Virus record (IMG/VR): IMGVR_UViG_2541047903_000005
Reading direction: 5' to 3' (one strand)
Length of the DNA stretch: 20,599 bases
DNA from: a virus
Lineage: Duplodnaviria > Heunggongvirae > Uroviricota > Caudoviricetes
A program made the translations under genes and the position numbers. This document shows positions 9,247 to 18,926 of this stretch, piece after piece. Numbering within the stretch: position 1 is the first letter of the stretch; each line of letters starts with the position of its first letter. The notes under the pieces were generated by a model, which saw only the letters and a list, made by a program, of their open reading frames with translations, did no database searches and had not been told where the DNA came from.

Positions 9247-9990
9247 ATGACACAGACTGAATCAGCGATTCTGGCGCATGCCCGGCGGTGTGCGCCTGCG
9301 GAGTCGTGCGGCTTCGTGATAAGCACGCCGGAGGGGGAGCGGTATATCCCTTGTGTGAATATTTCCGCGGAGCCGGAGGCGTATTTTCGTATCGCACCGG
9401 AAGACTGGCTGCGGGCAGAGATGCAGGGGGAGATTGTGGCACTGGTCCACAGTCATCCCGGTGGGCTGCCCTGGCTGAGCGAGGCTGACCGGCGGCTGCA
9501 GATAAAAAGCGCACTGCCCTGGTGGCTGGTCTGCCGGGGTGACATTCACAAATTCCGCTGTGTGCCACATCTGACGGGACGGCGCTTTGAGCACGGGGTG
9601 ACGGACTGTTACACGCTGTTCCGGGATGCTTATCATCTGGCGGGGACTGAAATGCCGGATTTTCATCGCGAGGATGACTGGTGGCGCAACGGCCAGAACC
9701 TGTACCTGGACAACCTGGCGGAAAACGGCTTTTGCCGGGTGTCTCCGTCCTCTGCACAGGCAGGCGATGTGCTGCTGTGCTGCTTTGGTTCATCGGTGCC
9801 GAATCATGCCGCCGTTTACTGTGGTGACGGCGAGCTGCTGCACCATATTCCTGAACAACTGAGTAAACGGGAGAGGTATTCCGAAAAATGGCAACGACGA
9901 ACGCATTCAGTCTGGCGTCACCGCCACTGGCACGCATCCGCCTTTACGGGGATTTACAACGATTTGGCCGCCGCCTCAGCCTGTATGTGA
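9247..9990 (+). CDS. K: Tail assembly protein K (JAMM/MPN plus NlpC/P60 two-domain protein)
   Basis: Begins at the ATG giving MTQTESAILAHARRCAPAESCGF; the ORF-track ORF 8986..9990 starts upstream inside L and is an over-extension; JAMM motif HSHPGG...SEAD and an NlpC/P60-like Cys/His region (GVTDCYTLF ... NHAAVYCGDGELLHH). Confidence 0.9.
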   Translation: MTQTESAILAHARRCAPAESCGFVISTPEGERYIPCVNISAEPEAYFRIAPEDWLRAEMQGEIVALVHSHPGGLPWLSEADRRLQIKSALPWWLVCRGDIHKFRCVPHLTGRRFEHGVTDCYTLFRDAYHLAGTEMPDFHREDDWWRNGQNLYLDNLAENGFCRVSPSSAQAGDVLLCCFGSSVPNHAAVYCGDGELLHHIPEQLSKRERYSEKWQRRTHSVWRHRHWHASAFTGIYNDLAAASACM

Positions 9991-10568
9991 ACACGGCAGC
10001 GGAAGCCATTCGCGCCCTGTCGATGCAGATGCCGGGCTTTCGCCGTCAGATGAACGAAGGCTGGTACCAGATACGTATTGCCGGTGATGACACGGCACCG
10101 GAGGCGGTGTACGCCCGTCTTCACGAACAGCTGGGTGAGGGAACGGTCATCCACATTGTGCCGCGACTGGCCGGGGCCGGAAAGGGTGGACTGCAGATTG
10201 TGCTGGGGGCGGCAGCCATCGTGGGCTCTTTCTTCACGGCCGGTGCCTCGATGGCGTTATGGGGTACAGCCCTGAGTGCCGGCGGTTTTTCTGCCACCAC
10301 GATGCTGTTTTCACTGGGGGCCAGCATGATACTGGGCGGTGTGGCCCAGATGCTGGCCCCGAAGGCAAAAACACCGGATTACCGCGCAACGGATAACGGC
10401 AGACAGAACACGTACTTTTCCTCACTGGATAACATGATTGCCCAGGGGAACCCGATGCCGGTGCCTTACGGGGAAATGCTGGTTGGCTCCCGCCGTATAT
10501 CCCAGGACATCAGCACCCGTGATGAAGGCGGGGGCGGAAAGGTCGTGGTTATCGGGCGGCAGGGGTAA
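9888..10568 (+). CDS. I: Tail assembly protein I
   Basis: ICLYGDLQRFGRR, IVLGAAAI.GSFFTAGA, QNTYFSSLDNM.AQGN match recalled lambda gpI; overlaps the 3' end of K as in lambda; Gly/Ala-rich hydrophobic C-terminal half. Confidence 0.9.
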   Translation: MATTNAFSLASPPLARIRLYGDLQRFGRRLSLYVNTAAEAIRALSMQMPGFRRQMNEGWYQIRIAGDDTAPEAVYARLHEQLGEGTVIHIVPRLAGAGKGGLQIVLGAAAIVGSFFTAGASMALWGTALSAGGFSATTMLFSLGASMILGGVAQMLAPKAKTPDYRATDNGRQNTYFSSLDNMIAQGNPMPVPYGEMLVGSRRISQDISTRDEGGGGKVVVIGRQG

Positions 10569-10613
10569 AAAGAATAAAAAAATCCCGCAGTGATCGCGGA
10601 CAGGAACTGCGGG
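10569..10613 (-). terminator. Intrinsic terminator for the minus strand, immediately after the I stop codon
   Basis: On the minus strand an 8-bp stem (CCCGCAGT/ACTGCGGG, + coordinates 10584-10591 and 10606-10613) is followed by ATTTTTTTATTCTTTTT; the 14-nt loop is long but the T-tract is strong. Confidence 0.45.
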
Positions 10614-10672
10614 AGAGTTACGAAGATTAAGTGTAAGGAATTATTCTTATATCACGACAAAAAAATTAACGC
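10576..10672 (-). ncRNA. Candidate ~95-nt small RNA transcribed antisense to the tail operon, in the I-J spacer
   Basis: Bounded by a sigma70-like promoter (10679-10706, minus) and the minus-strand terminator (10569-10613); no ATG-initiated ORF on the minus strand in this interval; AT-rich. Boundaries are approximate and the call is a hypothesis from sequence only. Confidence 0.3.
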
Positions 10673-10678
10673 AGAGAA

Positions 10679-10706
10679 ATTATACGCGCCACAGTCAGTT
10701 TGTGAA
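10679..10706 (-). promoter_or_regulatory. Sigma70-like promoter on the minus strand: -35 TTCACA, 16-bp spacer, -10 TATAAT
   Basis: Minus strand reads TTCACAaactgactgtggcgcgTATAAT; + coordinates -10 = 10679-10684, -35 = 10701-10706; perfect -10 hexamer and 5/6 -35 match. Confidence 0.4.
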
Positions 10707-10778
10707 AATGTGAAGATATTCAGAATTTTTATGCCATTACCGGTTTTAACCAACAGGATTATCGGTGGGCATGAAAGA

Positions 10779-10814
10779 AAACCCCGGTATCTGCTGATAC
10801 CGGGGTTTCTCTTT
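10779..10814. terminator. Strong hairpin with U-tracts on both sides (bidirectional terminator-like) upstream of J
   Basis: AAACCCCGGTAT-ctgctg-ATACCGGGGTTT, a perfect 9 to 12-bp stem with 6-nt loop, followed by TTTCTCTTT on + and preceded by GAAAGAAA (T-run on the minus strand). Confidence 0.5.
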
Positions 10815-10911
10815 AGCATGGCAGAAATGTGTTTCATGCTTTTCGGGCGAAGGATATCCGACTTCTGTACGGAATGGCAAGTGGCGGTTAATTTATTCAG
10901 GGGAAGGCTGT

Positions 10912-13900
10912 ATGGGAAAAGGTGGCGGTAAGGCACACACGCCTCGTGAGGCGAAGGATAATCTCAAATCCACGCAGATGATGAGTGTGATTGATGCGAT
11001 TGGTGAGGGACCGATAGAAGGTCCGGTGAAGGGACTGCAGAGTATTCTGGTGAACAAAACCCCGCTGACGGACACGGACGGTAATCCCGTGATACACGGT
11101 GTGACTGCGGTCTGGCGTGCCGGGGAGCAGGAGCAGACACCACCGGAAGGCTTTGAGTCCTCCGGAGCTGAAACCGGACTGGGCGTGGAAGTGACGAAGG
11201 CAAAACCGGTGACGCGCACCATTACGTCCGCGAACATTGACCGCCTGCGGGTTACCTTCGGGGTGCAGTCACTGGTGCAGACCACGTCAAAGGGCGACCG
11301 TAATCCTTCCTCTGTCCGGATTCTGATTCAGTTACAGCGTAATGGCCGCTGGGTGACGGAAAAGGATGTCACCATTAACGGCAAGACCACCTCGCAGTTC
11401 CTGGCCTCGGTGATTCTGGATAATCTGCCTCCCCGGCCCTTTAACATCCGGATGGTCAGGGAGACGGCGGACAGCACCACGGACCAGCTGCAGAATAAGA
11501 CGCTGTGGTCGTCATACACCGAAATCATCGATGTGAAACAGTGCTACCCGAACACGGCCATTGTGGGGCTGCAGGTGGATGCGGAGCAGTTCGGCGGCCA
11601 GCAGATGACGGTGAACTACCATATCCGCGGTCGCATCATCCAGGTGCCGTCAAACTATGACCCGGAAAAACGCACGTACAGTGGTATCTGGGACGGCAGC
11701 CTGAAACCGGCATACAGCAACAACCCGGCCTGGTGTCTGTGGGACATGCTGACTCACCCGCGCTACGGCATGGGAAAACGTCTGGGGGCGGCGGATGTGG
11801 ACAAGTGGGCGCTGTATGCCATCGGGCAGTACTGCGACCAGACGGTCCCGGATGGTTTCGGGGGGACCGAGCCGCGGATGACCTTTAATGCGTACCTGGC
11901 ACAACAGCGTAAGGCGTGGGACGTTCTCAGTGATTTCTGCTCTGCGATGCGCTGTATGCCGGTATGGAACGGCCAGACGCTGACGTTCGTTCAGGACCGT
12001 CCGTCGGATGTGGTGTGGCCGTACACCAACAGCGATGTGGTGGTGGATGATAACGGCGTGGGTTTCCGCTACAGCTTCAGTGCCCTGAAGGACCGGCACA
12101 CGGCAGTGGAGGTGAATTACACCGACCCGCAGAACGGCTGGCAGACCTCCACGGAACTGGTGGAAGACCCGGAAGCCATACTGCGCTACGGACGCAACCT
12201 GCTGAAGATGGACGCGTTCGGCTGTACCAGCCGCGGTCAGGCCCACCGTGCCGGGCTGTGGGTGATAAAGACCGAACTGCTGGAAACGCAGACGGTGGAT
12301 TTCACGCTCGGGTCACAGGGGCTGCGTCACACACCCGGTGACATCATTGAAATCTGTGATAACGACTATGCCGGGACCATGACCGGCGGACGTGTCCTGT
12401 CCATCGATGCCGCCAGCCGTACCCTGACGCTGGACCGGGAGGTGACACTGCCGGAGACCGGCACGGCCACTGTTAATCTGATTAACGGCAGCGGTAAGCC
12501 GGCGAGCGTGGCCATCACCGCACACCCCGCGCCTGACCGGATACAGGTCAGCACCCTGCCGGATGGTGTGGAGACATACGGTGTGTGGGGACTCTCCCTG
12601 CCGTCACTGCGTCGTCGCCTGTTCCGCTGTGTCTCCATCCGGGAAAACACGGACGGCACCTTTGCCATCACGGCGGTGCAGCACGTACCTGAAAAAGAAG
12701 CCATCGTGGATAACGGGGCCCGCTTTGAGCCGCAGTCAGGCACCCTGAACAGCGTTATCCCACCGGCAGTGCAGCACCTGACGGTGGAGGTGAGCGCAGC
12801 TGACGGTCAGTATCTGGCACAGGCGAAATGGGACACGCCGCGGGTGGTGAAGGGTGTGCGCTTCAGTCTGCGTCTGACCAGCGGAAGCGGAGAAGACAGC
12901 CGTCTGGTGAGCACCGCCATCACCGCAGACACGGAGCACCGTTTCAGTGGTCTGCCGCTGGGGGAATACACCCTGACGGTGCGGGCCATTAACAGCTACG
13001 GCCAGCAGGGCGAACCTGCGACCACCACCTTCCGGATTAACGCGCCTGCAAAACCCGCCACCATTGAGCTGACGCCGGGGTATTTTCAGATAACGGCGGT
13101 ACCGGTGCTGGCGGTGTATGACCCGACGGTGCAGTTTGAGTTCTGGTTTTCGGAAAAACGCATCACGAACACGGCACAGGTGGAAAAATCTGCCCGTTAT
13201 CTGGGGACCGGCAGTCAGTGGACTGTCCAGGGCGATCGGATTAAGCCGGGGATGGATTTCTGGTTTTATGTGCGCAGTGTCAACCTGGTGGGCAAGTCTG
13301 CATTTGTGGAAGCCAGCGGGCAGGCCAGCAATGATGCAAAAGGGTATCTGGAATTTTTCCGTGGTCTGATAGATGAGACGCTGCTGGGGCAGGCACTGAA
13401 AAAGCGCATTGATGCGTCAGCCCTGCGATCGGATGTCACTCAACTGGAAGAGAATATCGGACAACTGGAAGAAGACATCCGTCAGCGGATGGACACGGAT
13501 ATTGCGGAAGTGACCCGGAAAATCGGGGAGGCGGAAAACAGCCTCACGCAGCTGGTTGCGAAAAAGAATGAGGATCAGACGCTGGCCATCGCGCAGGTGA
13601 GTCAGAAAGTGGACCGTGTCAGCAGTGAAATCTCACAGACGGTCAGTCAGAGCAGTGAGGAAAATACCCGACAGATAGCACAGGTCCGTCAGTACGTGGA
13701 CAAAAAGCAAAGTGAAATCAAGCAGACAGTCAGCCAGGGCCAGTCAGAAAACGCCCGACAGATAGCACAGGTCCGCCAGTACGTGGATAAAAAAGGGAGT
13801 GAAATTACCTCGACCACGGATAAAAAGCTGGGTGACCAGGCCGTGACCATACAGCAAATCCAGCGGGTTCAGTCAGACACGCGCAATGAGCTGAATGCCA

Positions 13901-14712
13901 TGTATATGCTGAAGGTGCAGAAAACAAAAAACGGTATTCCCTATGTGGCCGGGATTGGTGCGGGGATTGAGGATGTTGATGGTCAGACCCTGAGTAACAT
14001 TCTGCTGCAGGCCGATCGCATTGCGATGATTACCCCGGAGAACGGCAACACCACGCCGCTGTTTGTGGCGCAGGGGAATCAGCTGTTCATGAACGACGTG
14101 TTCCTGAAGCGACTGTTTGCGGTGAGCATCACGTCATCCGGCAATCCTCCGACGTTTTCCCTGACGCCGGATGGCAGGCTGACAGCCCGCAATGCGGATA
14201 TCAGTGGAGCCATCACGGCGAATACCGGCACGCTCAATAATGTCACCATTAACGAGAACTGTGTCATCAGAGGGAAACTGTCTGCAAACCAGATTGAAGG
14301 CGATCTCGTTAAAACAGTGGGTAAGGCTTTCCCTCGTGACTCCCGTGCACCGGAGCGTTGGCCATCAGGAACCATTACCGTCAGGGTTTATGACGATCAG
14401 CCGTTTAACCGGCAGATTGTTATTCCGGCGGTGGCTTTCAGCGGTGCCAGACATGAGCGGGAGAACAGCGATACTTATTCGTCATGCCGCCTGATAGTGA
14501 AGAAAAACGGTGCTGAAATTTATAACCGTACCGCGATGGATAATACGCTGGTTTACAGTGGTGTTATTGATATGCCTGCTGGTCGCGGCCACATGACGCT
14601 GGAGTTTTCTGTATCAGCATGGTGGGTAAATGGCTGGTATCCCACAGCAAGTATCAGCGATTTGCTGGTTGTTGTGATGAAGAAAGCCACTGCAGGCATC
14701 ACGATTAGCTGA
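10912..14712 (+). CDS. J: Central tail fibre / host specificity protein J (tip attachment protein)
   Basis: 1266 aa; N-terminal and central regions match recalled lambda gpJ ([91 protein letters not shown]); includes a coiled-coil expansion and a C-terminal receptor-binding region. Confidence 0.95.
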   Translation: MGKGGGKAHTPREAKDNLKSTQMMSVIDAIGEGPIEGPVKGLQSILVNKTPLTDTDGNPVIHGVTAVWRAGEQEQTPPEGFESSGAETGLGVEVTKAKPVTRTITSANIDRLRVTFGVQSLVQTTSKGDRNPSSVRILIQLQRNGRWVTEKDVTINGKTTSQFLASVILDNLPPRPFNIRMVRETADSTTDQLQNKTLWSSYTEIIDVKQCYPNTAIVGLQVDAEQFGGQQMTVNYHIRGRIIQVPSNYDPEKRTYSGIWDGSLKPAYSNNPAWCLWDMLTHPRYGMGKRLGAADVDKWALYAIGQYCDQTVPDGFGGTEPRMTFNAYLAQQRKAWDVLSDFCSAMRCMPVWNGQTLTFVQDRPSDVVWPYTNSDVVVDDNGVGFRYSFSALKDRHTAVEVNYTDPQNGWQTSTELVEDPEAILRYGRNLLKMDAFGCTSRGQAHRAGLWVIKTELLETQTVDFTLGSQGLRHTPGDIIEICDNDYAGTMTGGRVLSIDAASRTLTLDREVTLPETGTATVNLINGSGKPASVAITAHPAPDRIQVSTLPDGVETYGVWGLSLPSLRRRLFRCVSIRENTDGTFAITAVQHVPEKEAIVDNGARFEPQSGTLNSVIPPAVQHLTVEVSAADGQYLAQAKWDTPRVVKGVRFSLRLTSGSGEDSRLVSTAITADTEHRFSGLPLGEYTLTVRAINSYGQQGEPATTTFRINAPAKPATIELTPGYFQITAVPVLAVYDPTVQFEFWFSEKRITNTAQVEKSARYLGTGSQWTVQGDRIKPGMDFWFYVRSVNLVGKSAFVEASGQASNDAKGYLEFFRGLIDETLLGQALKKRIDASALRSDVTQLEENIGQLEEDIRQRMDTDIAEVTRKIGEAENSLTQLVAKKNEDQTLAIAQVSQKVDRVSSEISQTVSQSSEENTRQIAQVRQYVDKKQSEIKQTVSQGQSENARQIAQVRQYVDKKGSEITSTTDKKLGDQAVTIQQIQRVQSDTRNELNAMYMLKVQKTKNGIPYVAGIGAGIEDVDGQTLSNILLQADRIAMITPENGNTTPLFVAQGNQLFMNDVFLKRLFAVSITSSGNPPTFSLTPDGRLTARNADISGAITANTGTLNNVTINENCVIRGKLSANQIEGDLVKTVGKAFPRDSRAPERWPSGTITVRVYDDQPFNRQIVIPAVAFSGARHERENSDTYSSCRLIVKKNGAEIYNRTAMDNTLVYSGVIDMPAGRGHMTLEFSVSAWWVNGWYPTASISDLLVVVMKKATAGITIS
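13624..13830 (+). repeat. In-frame tandem repeat, 87-bp unit, about 2.3 copies, inside J
   Basis: Unit starts at 13624, 13711 and 13798 (agtgaaat...); encodes repeated 29-aa units SEI.QTVSQ...[13 protein letters not shown]. Confidence 0.75.
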
Positions 14713-14730
14713 ATTTTATAACCCCAATAC

Positions 14731-14757
14731 GGGCGCCAGAAATGGCGCCTTTTTTAT
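14731..14757 (+). terminator. Intrinsic terminator downstream of J
   Basis: GGCGCC-agaaat-GGCGCC followed by TTTTTTATT, about 20 bp after the J stop. Confidence 0.6.
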
Positions 14758-14779
14758 TGCAGAAAAGCGAGAGGTAATT

Positions 14780-15379
14780 ATGCGTAAATTATGTGCTGTT
14801 ATTCTGTCCGCAGTAGTCTGGCTGGTTGCCGCTGGTACGCCAGCGAGCGCAGCAGAGCATCAGTCCACACTAAGCGCCGGGTATCTTCAGACCCACACTG
14901 ATATGCCAGGAAGCGATAATCTGAACGGGATTAACGTGAAATACCGTTATGAATTTACGGACACGCTGGGGCTGATTACGTCTTTCAGTTATGCCGACGC
15001 AGAAGATGAACAAAAAACGCATTACAGCGATACCCGCTGGCATGAAGATTCCGTGCGTAACCGCTGGTTCAGCGTAATGGCGGGGCCGTCTGTGCGCGTG
15101 AATGAATGGTTCAGCGCGTATGCGATGGCGGGTGTGGCTTACAGCCGTGTGTCGACTTTCTCCGGGGATTATCTCCGCGTAACTGACAACAAGGGGAAAA
15201 CGCACGACGTGCTGACCGGAAGTGATGACGGTCGCCACAGCAATACCTCTCTGGCGTGGGGGGCTGGCGTGCAGTTTAACCCGACCGAATCCGTGACCAT
15301 TGACCTTGCTTATGAAGGTTCCGGTAGTGGCGACTGGCGAACGGATGCATTTATTGTTGGTATCGGATACCGTTTCTGA
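14780..15379 (+). CDS. lom: Outer membrane protein Lom (Ail/Lom/OmpX-family beta-barrel), prophage moron
   Basis: 199 aa; signal-peptide-like N-terminus MRKLCAVILSAVVWLVAAGTPASA; matches recalled lambda Lom (SAGYL, INVKYRYEFTDTLG, WGAGVQFNPTESV, ending GYRF); lies between two terminators. Confidence 0.9.
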   Translation: MRKLCAVILSAVVWLVAAGTPASAAEHQSTLSAGYLQTHTDMPGSDNLNGINVKYRYEFTDTLGLITSFSYADAEDEQKTHYSDTRWHEDSVRNRWFSVMAGPSVRVNEWFSAYAMAGVAYSRVSTFSGDYLRVTDNKGKTHDVLTGSDDGRHSNTSLAWGAGVQFNPTESVTIDLAYEGSGSGDWRTDAFIVGIGYRF

Positions 15380-15483
15380 CAACAGACGCCGATTTATCTT
15401 CTGTAAATATTGTTATGATACGCAGGTTCATCCGCCTTATGGGGTGAACTGCGTTTGAGGAAACGTAAAGTTACACTGTCCTG

Positions 15484-15518
15484 AAGCCCGTGGCGTCACT
15501 GCTGCGGGCTTTTTTTAT
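15484..15518 (+). terminator. Intrinsic terminator downstream of lom
   Basis: AAGCCCG-(14-nt loop)-CGGGCTT followed by TTTTTTATT. Confidence 0.55.
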
Positions 15519-16665
15519 TGGTGGAAAAGTATGACAGTAAAAATTTCTGGCGTGCTTAAAGATGGCACAGGAAAACCAGTACAGAACTGCACCATTGTGC
15601 TGAAGGCCAGACGGACCAGCAGCACGGTGGTGGTGAACACGGTGGCCTCTGAAAATCCGGATGAAGCCGGGCGTTACAGCATGGATGTTGAGTATGGCCA
15701 GTACAGCGTCACCCTGCTGGTTGAAGGTTTTCCACCTTCACATGCCGGGACCATTACCGTCTATGAAGGTTCCAGACCAGGTACGCTGAATGATTTTCTC
15801 GGTGCCATGACGGAGGATGATGCCCGTCCGGAGGCACTGCGCCGTTTTGAGCTGATGGTGAATGAAGCGGCACGTCATGCCGGAGCGTCATCACAGAGTG
15901 CAGCGGCGGCAAAGAAATCCGAAACGGCAGCAGCCTCATCGAAGAATGCAGCGAAAACCTCAGAAACGAATGCAGCTAACAGCGCACAAGCGGCAGCGGC
16001 CTCGCAGACTGCATCGGCAAACTCCGCGACAGCAGCCAAAAAATCAGAAACCAACGCGAAAAATAGCGAGACAGCCACAAAGGCCAGCGAAAAAAACGCA
16101 AAATCCAGCCAGACGGCAGCGAAAACCAGTGAGACGAATGCCAAAGACAGTGAAGCCAACGCAAAGGTGAGCGAAACAGCGGCGGCGAACTCGGCGAAAG
16201 CATCGGCAGCAAGCCAGACGGCAGCAAAAGCAAGTGAAGATGCTGCCAGAGAATACGCAAACCAGACAGCAGAGCCGTACAGATATGTTTTACAGCCGCT
16301 GCCGGATGTGTGGATACCCTTTAATGATTCGCTGGATATGATTACGGGCTATTCTCCGGGTTATAAAAAAGTGAAGATTGGTGATAATGTGGTTCAGGTT
16401 GCCAGTGATAAACAGGTTAATTTCAGTCGCGCATCAACGGCAACATATATCAACAAATCTGGCGAACTGAAAACGGCGGAAATTAATGAGCCACGATTTG
16501 AGTGTGATGGCCTGCTTATTGAGGGGCAAAGAACGAACTTCTTCCCGAACAGTACAGACCCTTCGAAGTGGAATAAGTCAACTTCACTGGACGTTACAGA
16601 AACAGGCACAGATAGTTTCGGGTTTAATTATGGCCGGTTTGTCGTACAGGATTCGATTGTTGGTA

Positions 16666-16670
16666 CAAGT
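16666..16670. repeat. Target-site duplication CAAGT (left copy) flanking IS2
   Basis: CAAGT directly abuts the IS2 end at 16671 and recurs at 18002-18006 next to the other end. Confidence 0.8.
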
Positions 16671-16681
16671 TGGATTTGCCC

Positions 16682-17587
16682 CTATATTTCCAGACACCTG
16701 TTATCACTTAACCCATCACTGGCCCACTGCCGCAGATATTCCCGTGGCGAGCGATAACCCAGCGCACTATGCGGATGCCATTCGTTATAATGCTCGAACG
16801 CCTCTGCAAGGTTCTTTGCTGCCGTTAACCCGTCTGGTTTGGGCATGATACTTATGTAGTCACGCTTTATCGTTTTCACGAAGCTCTCTGCTATTCCGTT
16901 ACTCTCCGGACTCCGCACTGCCGTGTTCTTCGGTTCAAGTCCCAACATCCTGGCGAACTGACGTGTTTCATTCGCCCGGTAGCATGAACCATTATCCGTC
17001 AGCCACTCCACTGGAGACGCCGGAAGCTCGCTGCCAAAGCGGCGTTCCACTGCTCCCAGCATGACGTCCTGTACTGTTTCACTGTCGAAGCCACCCGTTG
17101 TGACCGCCCAGTGCAGTGCCTCACGGTCACAGCAGTCCAGCGCGAACGTGACCCGCAGTTTTTCTCCGTTATCACAGCGGAACTCAAACCCGTCAGAGCA
17201 CCATCGCTGATTACTTTCTTTCACAGCCACTCTGCCGGTATGTGCCCGTTTCGATGGCGGTACAGCGGGTTTTCGCTCAAGCAACAGCGCATTCTGGCGC
17301 ATGATCCGGTAAACACGTTTGGCATTGATCGCAGGCATACCATCAAGTTCTGTTTGTCTGCGAAGCAGCGCCCATACCCGACGATAACCATATGTGGGTA
17401 GCTCTCCGATAACATGGTGTATACGGCGAAGCACATCCGTATCATCCGTGTGACGGCTGCGGCGGCCGTCCTTCCAGTCATCGGCTCGTCTGAGAATGAC
17501 GTGCAACTGCGCACGCGACACCCGGAGACAACGGCTGACGAAGCTTACTCCCCATCCCCGGGCAATAAGGGCGCGTGCGCTATCCAC
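16682..17587 (-). CDS. insD: IS2 transposase OrfB (InsD), DDE integrase core
   Basis: 301-aa ORF recognised as IS3-family transposase orfB; normally expressed as an InsCD fusion by -1 frameshift. Confidence 0.9.
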
Positions 17588-17910
17588 TTTTTTGCTCGCC
17601 CATATTCAACGGCTTCTTTAAGGAGTTCATTTTCCATCGTTTTTTTGCCGAGCAGACGCTGGAGTTCTTTAATCTGCTTCATGGCGGCAGCAAGTTCAGA
17701 GGCAGGAACGACCTGTTCTCCGGCAGCCACAGCAGTAAGACTTCCCTCCTGGTATTGCTTACGCCAGAGAAATAGCTGGCTGGCTGCCACACCATGTTGC
17801 CGGGCAACAAGGGAGACCGTCATTCCCGGTTCAAAGCTCTGCTGAACGATAGCGATCTTTTCCTGTGTAGTACGCCGTCTGCGTTTCTCCGGCCCTAAGA
17901 CATCAATCAT
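17545..17910 (-). CDS. insC: IS2 transposase OrfA (InsC), helix-turn-helix DNA-binding protein
   Basis: Starts [25 protein letters not shown]; the ORF-track ORF extends upstream to 17955 but the recognised start is the Met at 17908-17910. Confidence 0.85.
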
Positions 17911-18001
17911 CTGTTCTCCAATGACTAGTCTAAAAACTAGTATTAAGACTATCACTTATTTAAGTGATATTGGTTGTCTGGAGATTCAGGGGGCCAGTCT
18001 A

Positions 18002-18006
18002 CAAGT
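18002..18006. repeat. Target-site duplication CAAGT (right copy) flanking IS2
   Basis: See left copy at 16666-16670. Confidence 0.8.
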
Positions 18007-18926
18007 AAAGCGCATACCATTATCGGACTGTATTCGAGTACCGGAGGGGTTGATACTTCAGGGGACGAAAAGCATGTAACTATATCCTGTCGGGTAAAAA
18101 GTGAAGTTGATAATATCGCCGTTCGTATTTTATTTGAACATTATGATGGGGAGGTAAGGACATCAATAGGAGCAGCAAACCTGAACCTTACCACCCGCAT
18201 AATTAGCAAGACAGGTCAGACAAGCCGTGTTACAGCAAGGTCTGTTAAGGATGATGCAACTGGCTGGATATTTTTTGAGGCTACATTAAAAGCAGATACA
18301 ACAGAAAATACGGTTGGTGGTTTTGTCCAGTATTCTCCGGATACAGGGCAGATGGTTGCATCAGGGGATTATCTCGATGTAACCACTCCACAGATTGAGG
18401 CTGGTACAGGCGCATCATCTTTTATTGTTACGGGGACGGCACCGGTAACGCGGGCAAGCGATATGGTTACAGTTCCGATTAAGAATAATCTTTATAATCT
18501 TCCTTTTACGGTTCTTTGTGAGGTACATAAGAACTGGTATAAAACGCCAAATGCAGCACCGCGTGTTTTTGACACATACCGGCATCAGGCAGATGCGGGG
18601 ATCGTAATGGGGTTTGGTTCATCAGGTGGGTACGACGGTTTTCCGTATTGTGATATAGGTGGTTCAAACCGACGAATAAATGAAAATGCCGGGCTGGAAA
18701 AAATGCTTATTGGTATGCGGGTAAAGTCCGAACGGTCCACATGTGTAGTCAGTAACGGTAAGTTAAGCAGCGAAACTAAAACCAAATGGGAATATATCCG
18801 GAGTACAGCAACCATTCGCATTGGTGGACAAACTACAGCAGGATTACGCCATTTATTTGGGCATGTGAGGAATTTTCGTCTCTGGCATAAAGAGCTAACA
18901 GATGCGCAGCTTGGGGAGGTTGTGGA

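Larger units (their letters stand above)
16671..18001 (-). mobile_element. IS2: Insertion sequence IS2 (IS3 family), complete, 1331 bp
   Basis: Imperfect ~41-bp terminal inverted repeats (TGGATTTGCCCCTATATTTCCAGACA... at 16671; ...TGGTTGTCTGGAGATTCAGGGGGCCAGTCTA ending at 18001); insC and insD on the minus strand; A6G frameshift heptamer on the minus strand (+ 17587-17593); length equals the known IS2 length. Confidence 0.9.

Noticed and set aside
9245-9937. 230-aa minus-strand ORF opposite K, and the 5' extension of the K ORF back to 8986
   Set aside because: K is on the + strand starting at MTQTESAIL (9247); the upstream extension overlaps L and the minus ORF is a Pro/Arg/Ala-rich shadow frame.
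10590-10936. ORF-track ORFs in the I-J spacer (10590..10931 +, 113 aa; 10652..10936 -, 94 aa)
   Set aside because: Both run straight through the strong hairpin at 10779-10808 and into the J start region, have no convincing RBS, and have odd composition; the spacer is better explained as non-coding with promoter/terminator signals.
11650-12246. 198-aa minus-strand ORF inside J
   Set aside because: Lies entirely antisense to the conserved J coding region; Arg/His/Pro-rich artefactual composition.
15862-16260. Alternative-frame ORFs (15862..16170 +, 15875..16159 -, 15976..16260 -) within the tail fibre repeat region
   Set aside because: Products are low-complexity (R/Q/K/P-rich or A/F-rich) frame artefacts of the GCN/AAN-rich shaft-coding repeat.
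16486-16848. 120-aa + strand ORF crossing the tail fibre/IS2 junction
   Set aside because: Spans the insertion boundary at 16671 and continues antisense through the insD 3' end; an artefact of the IS2 insertion.
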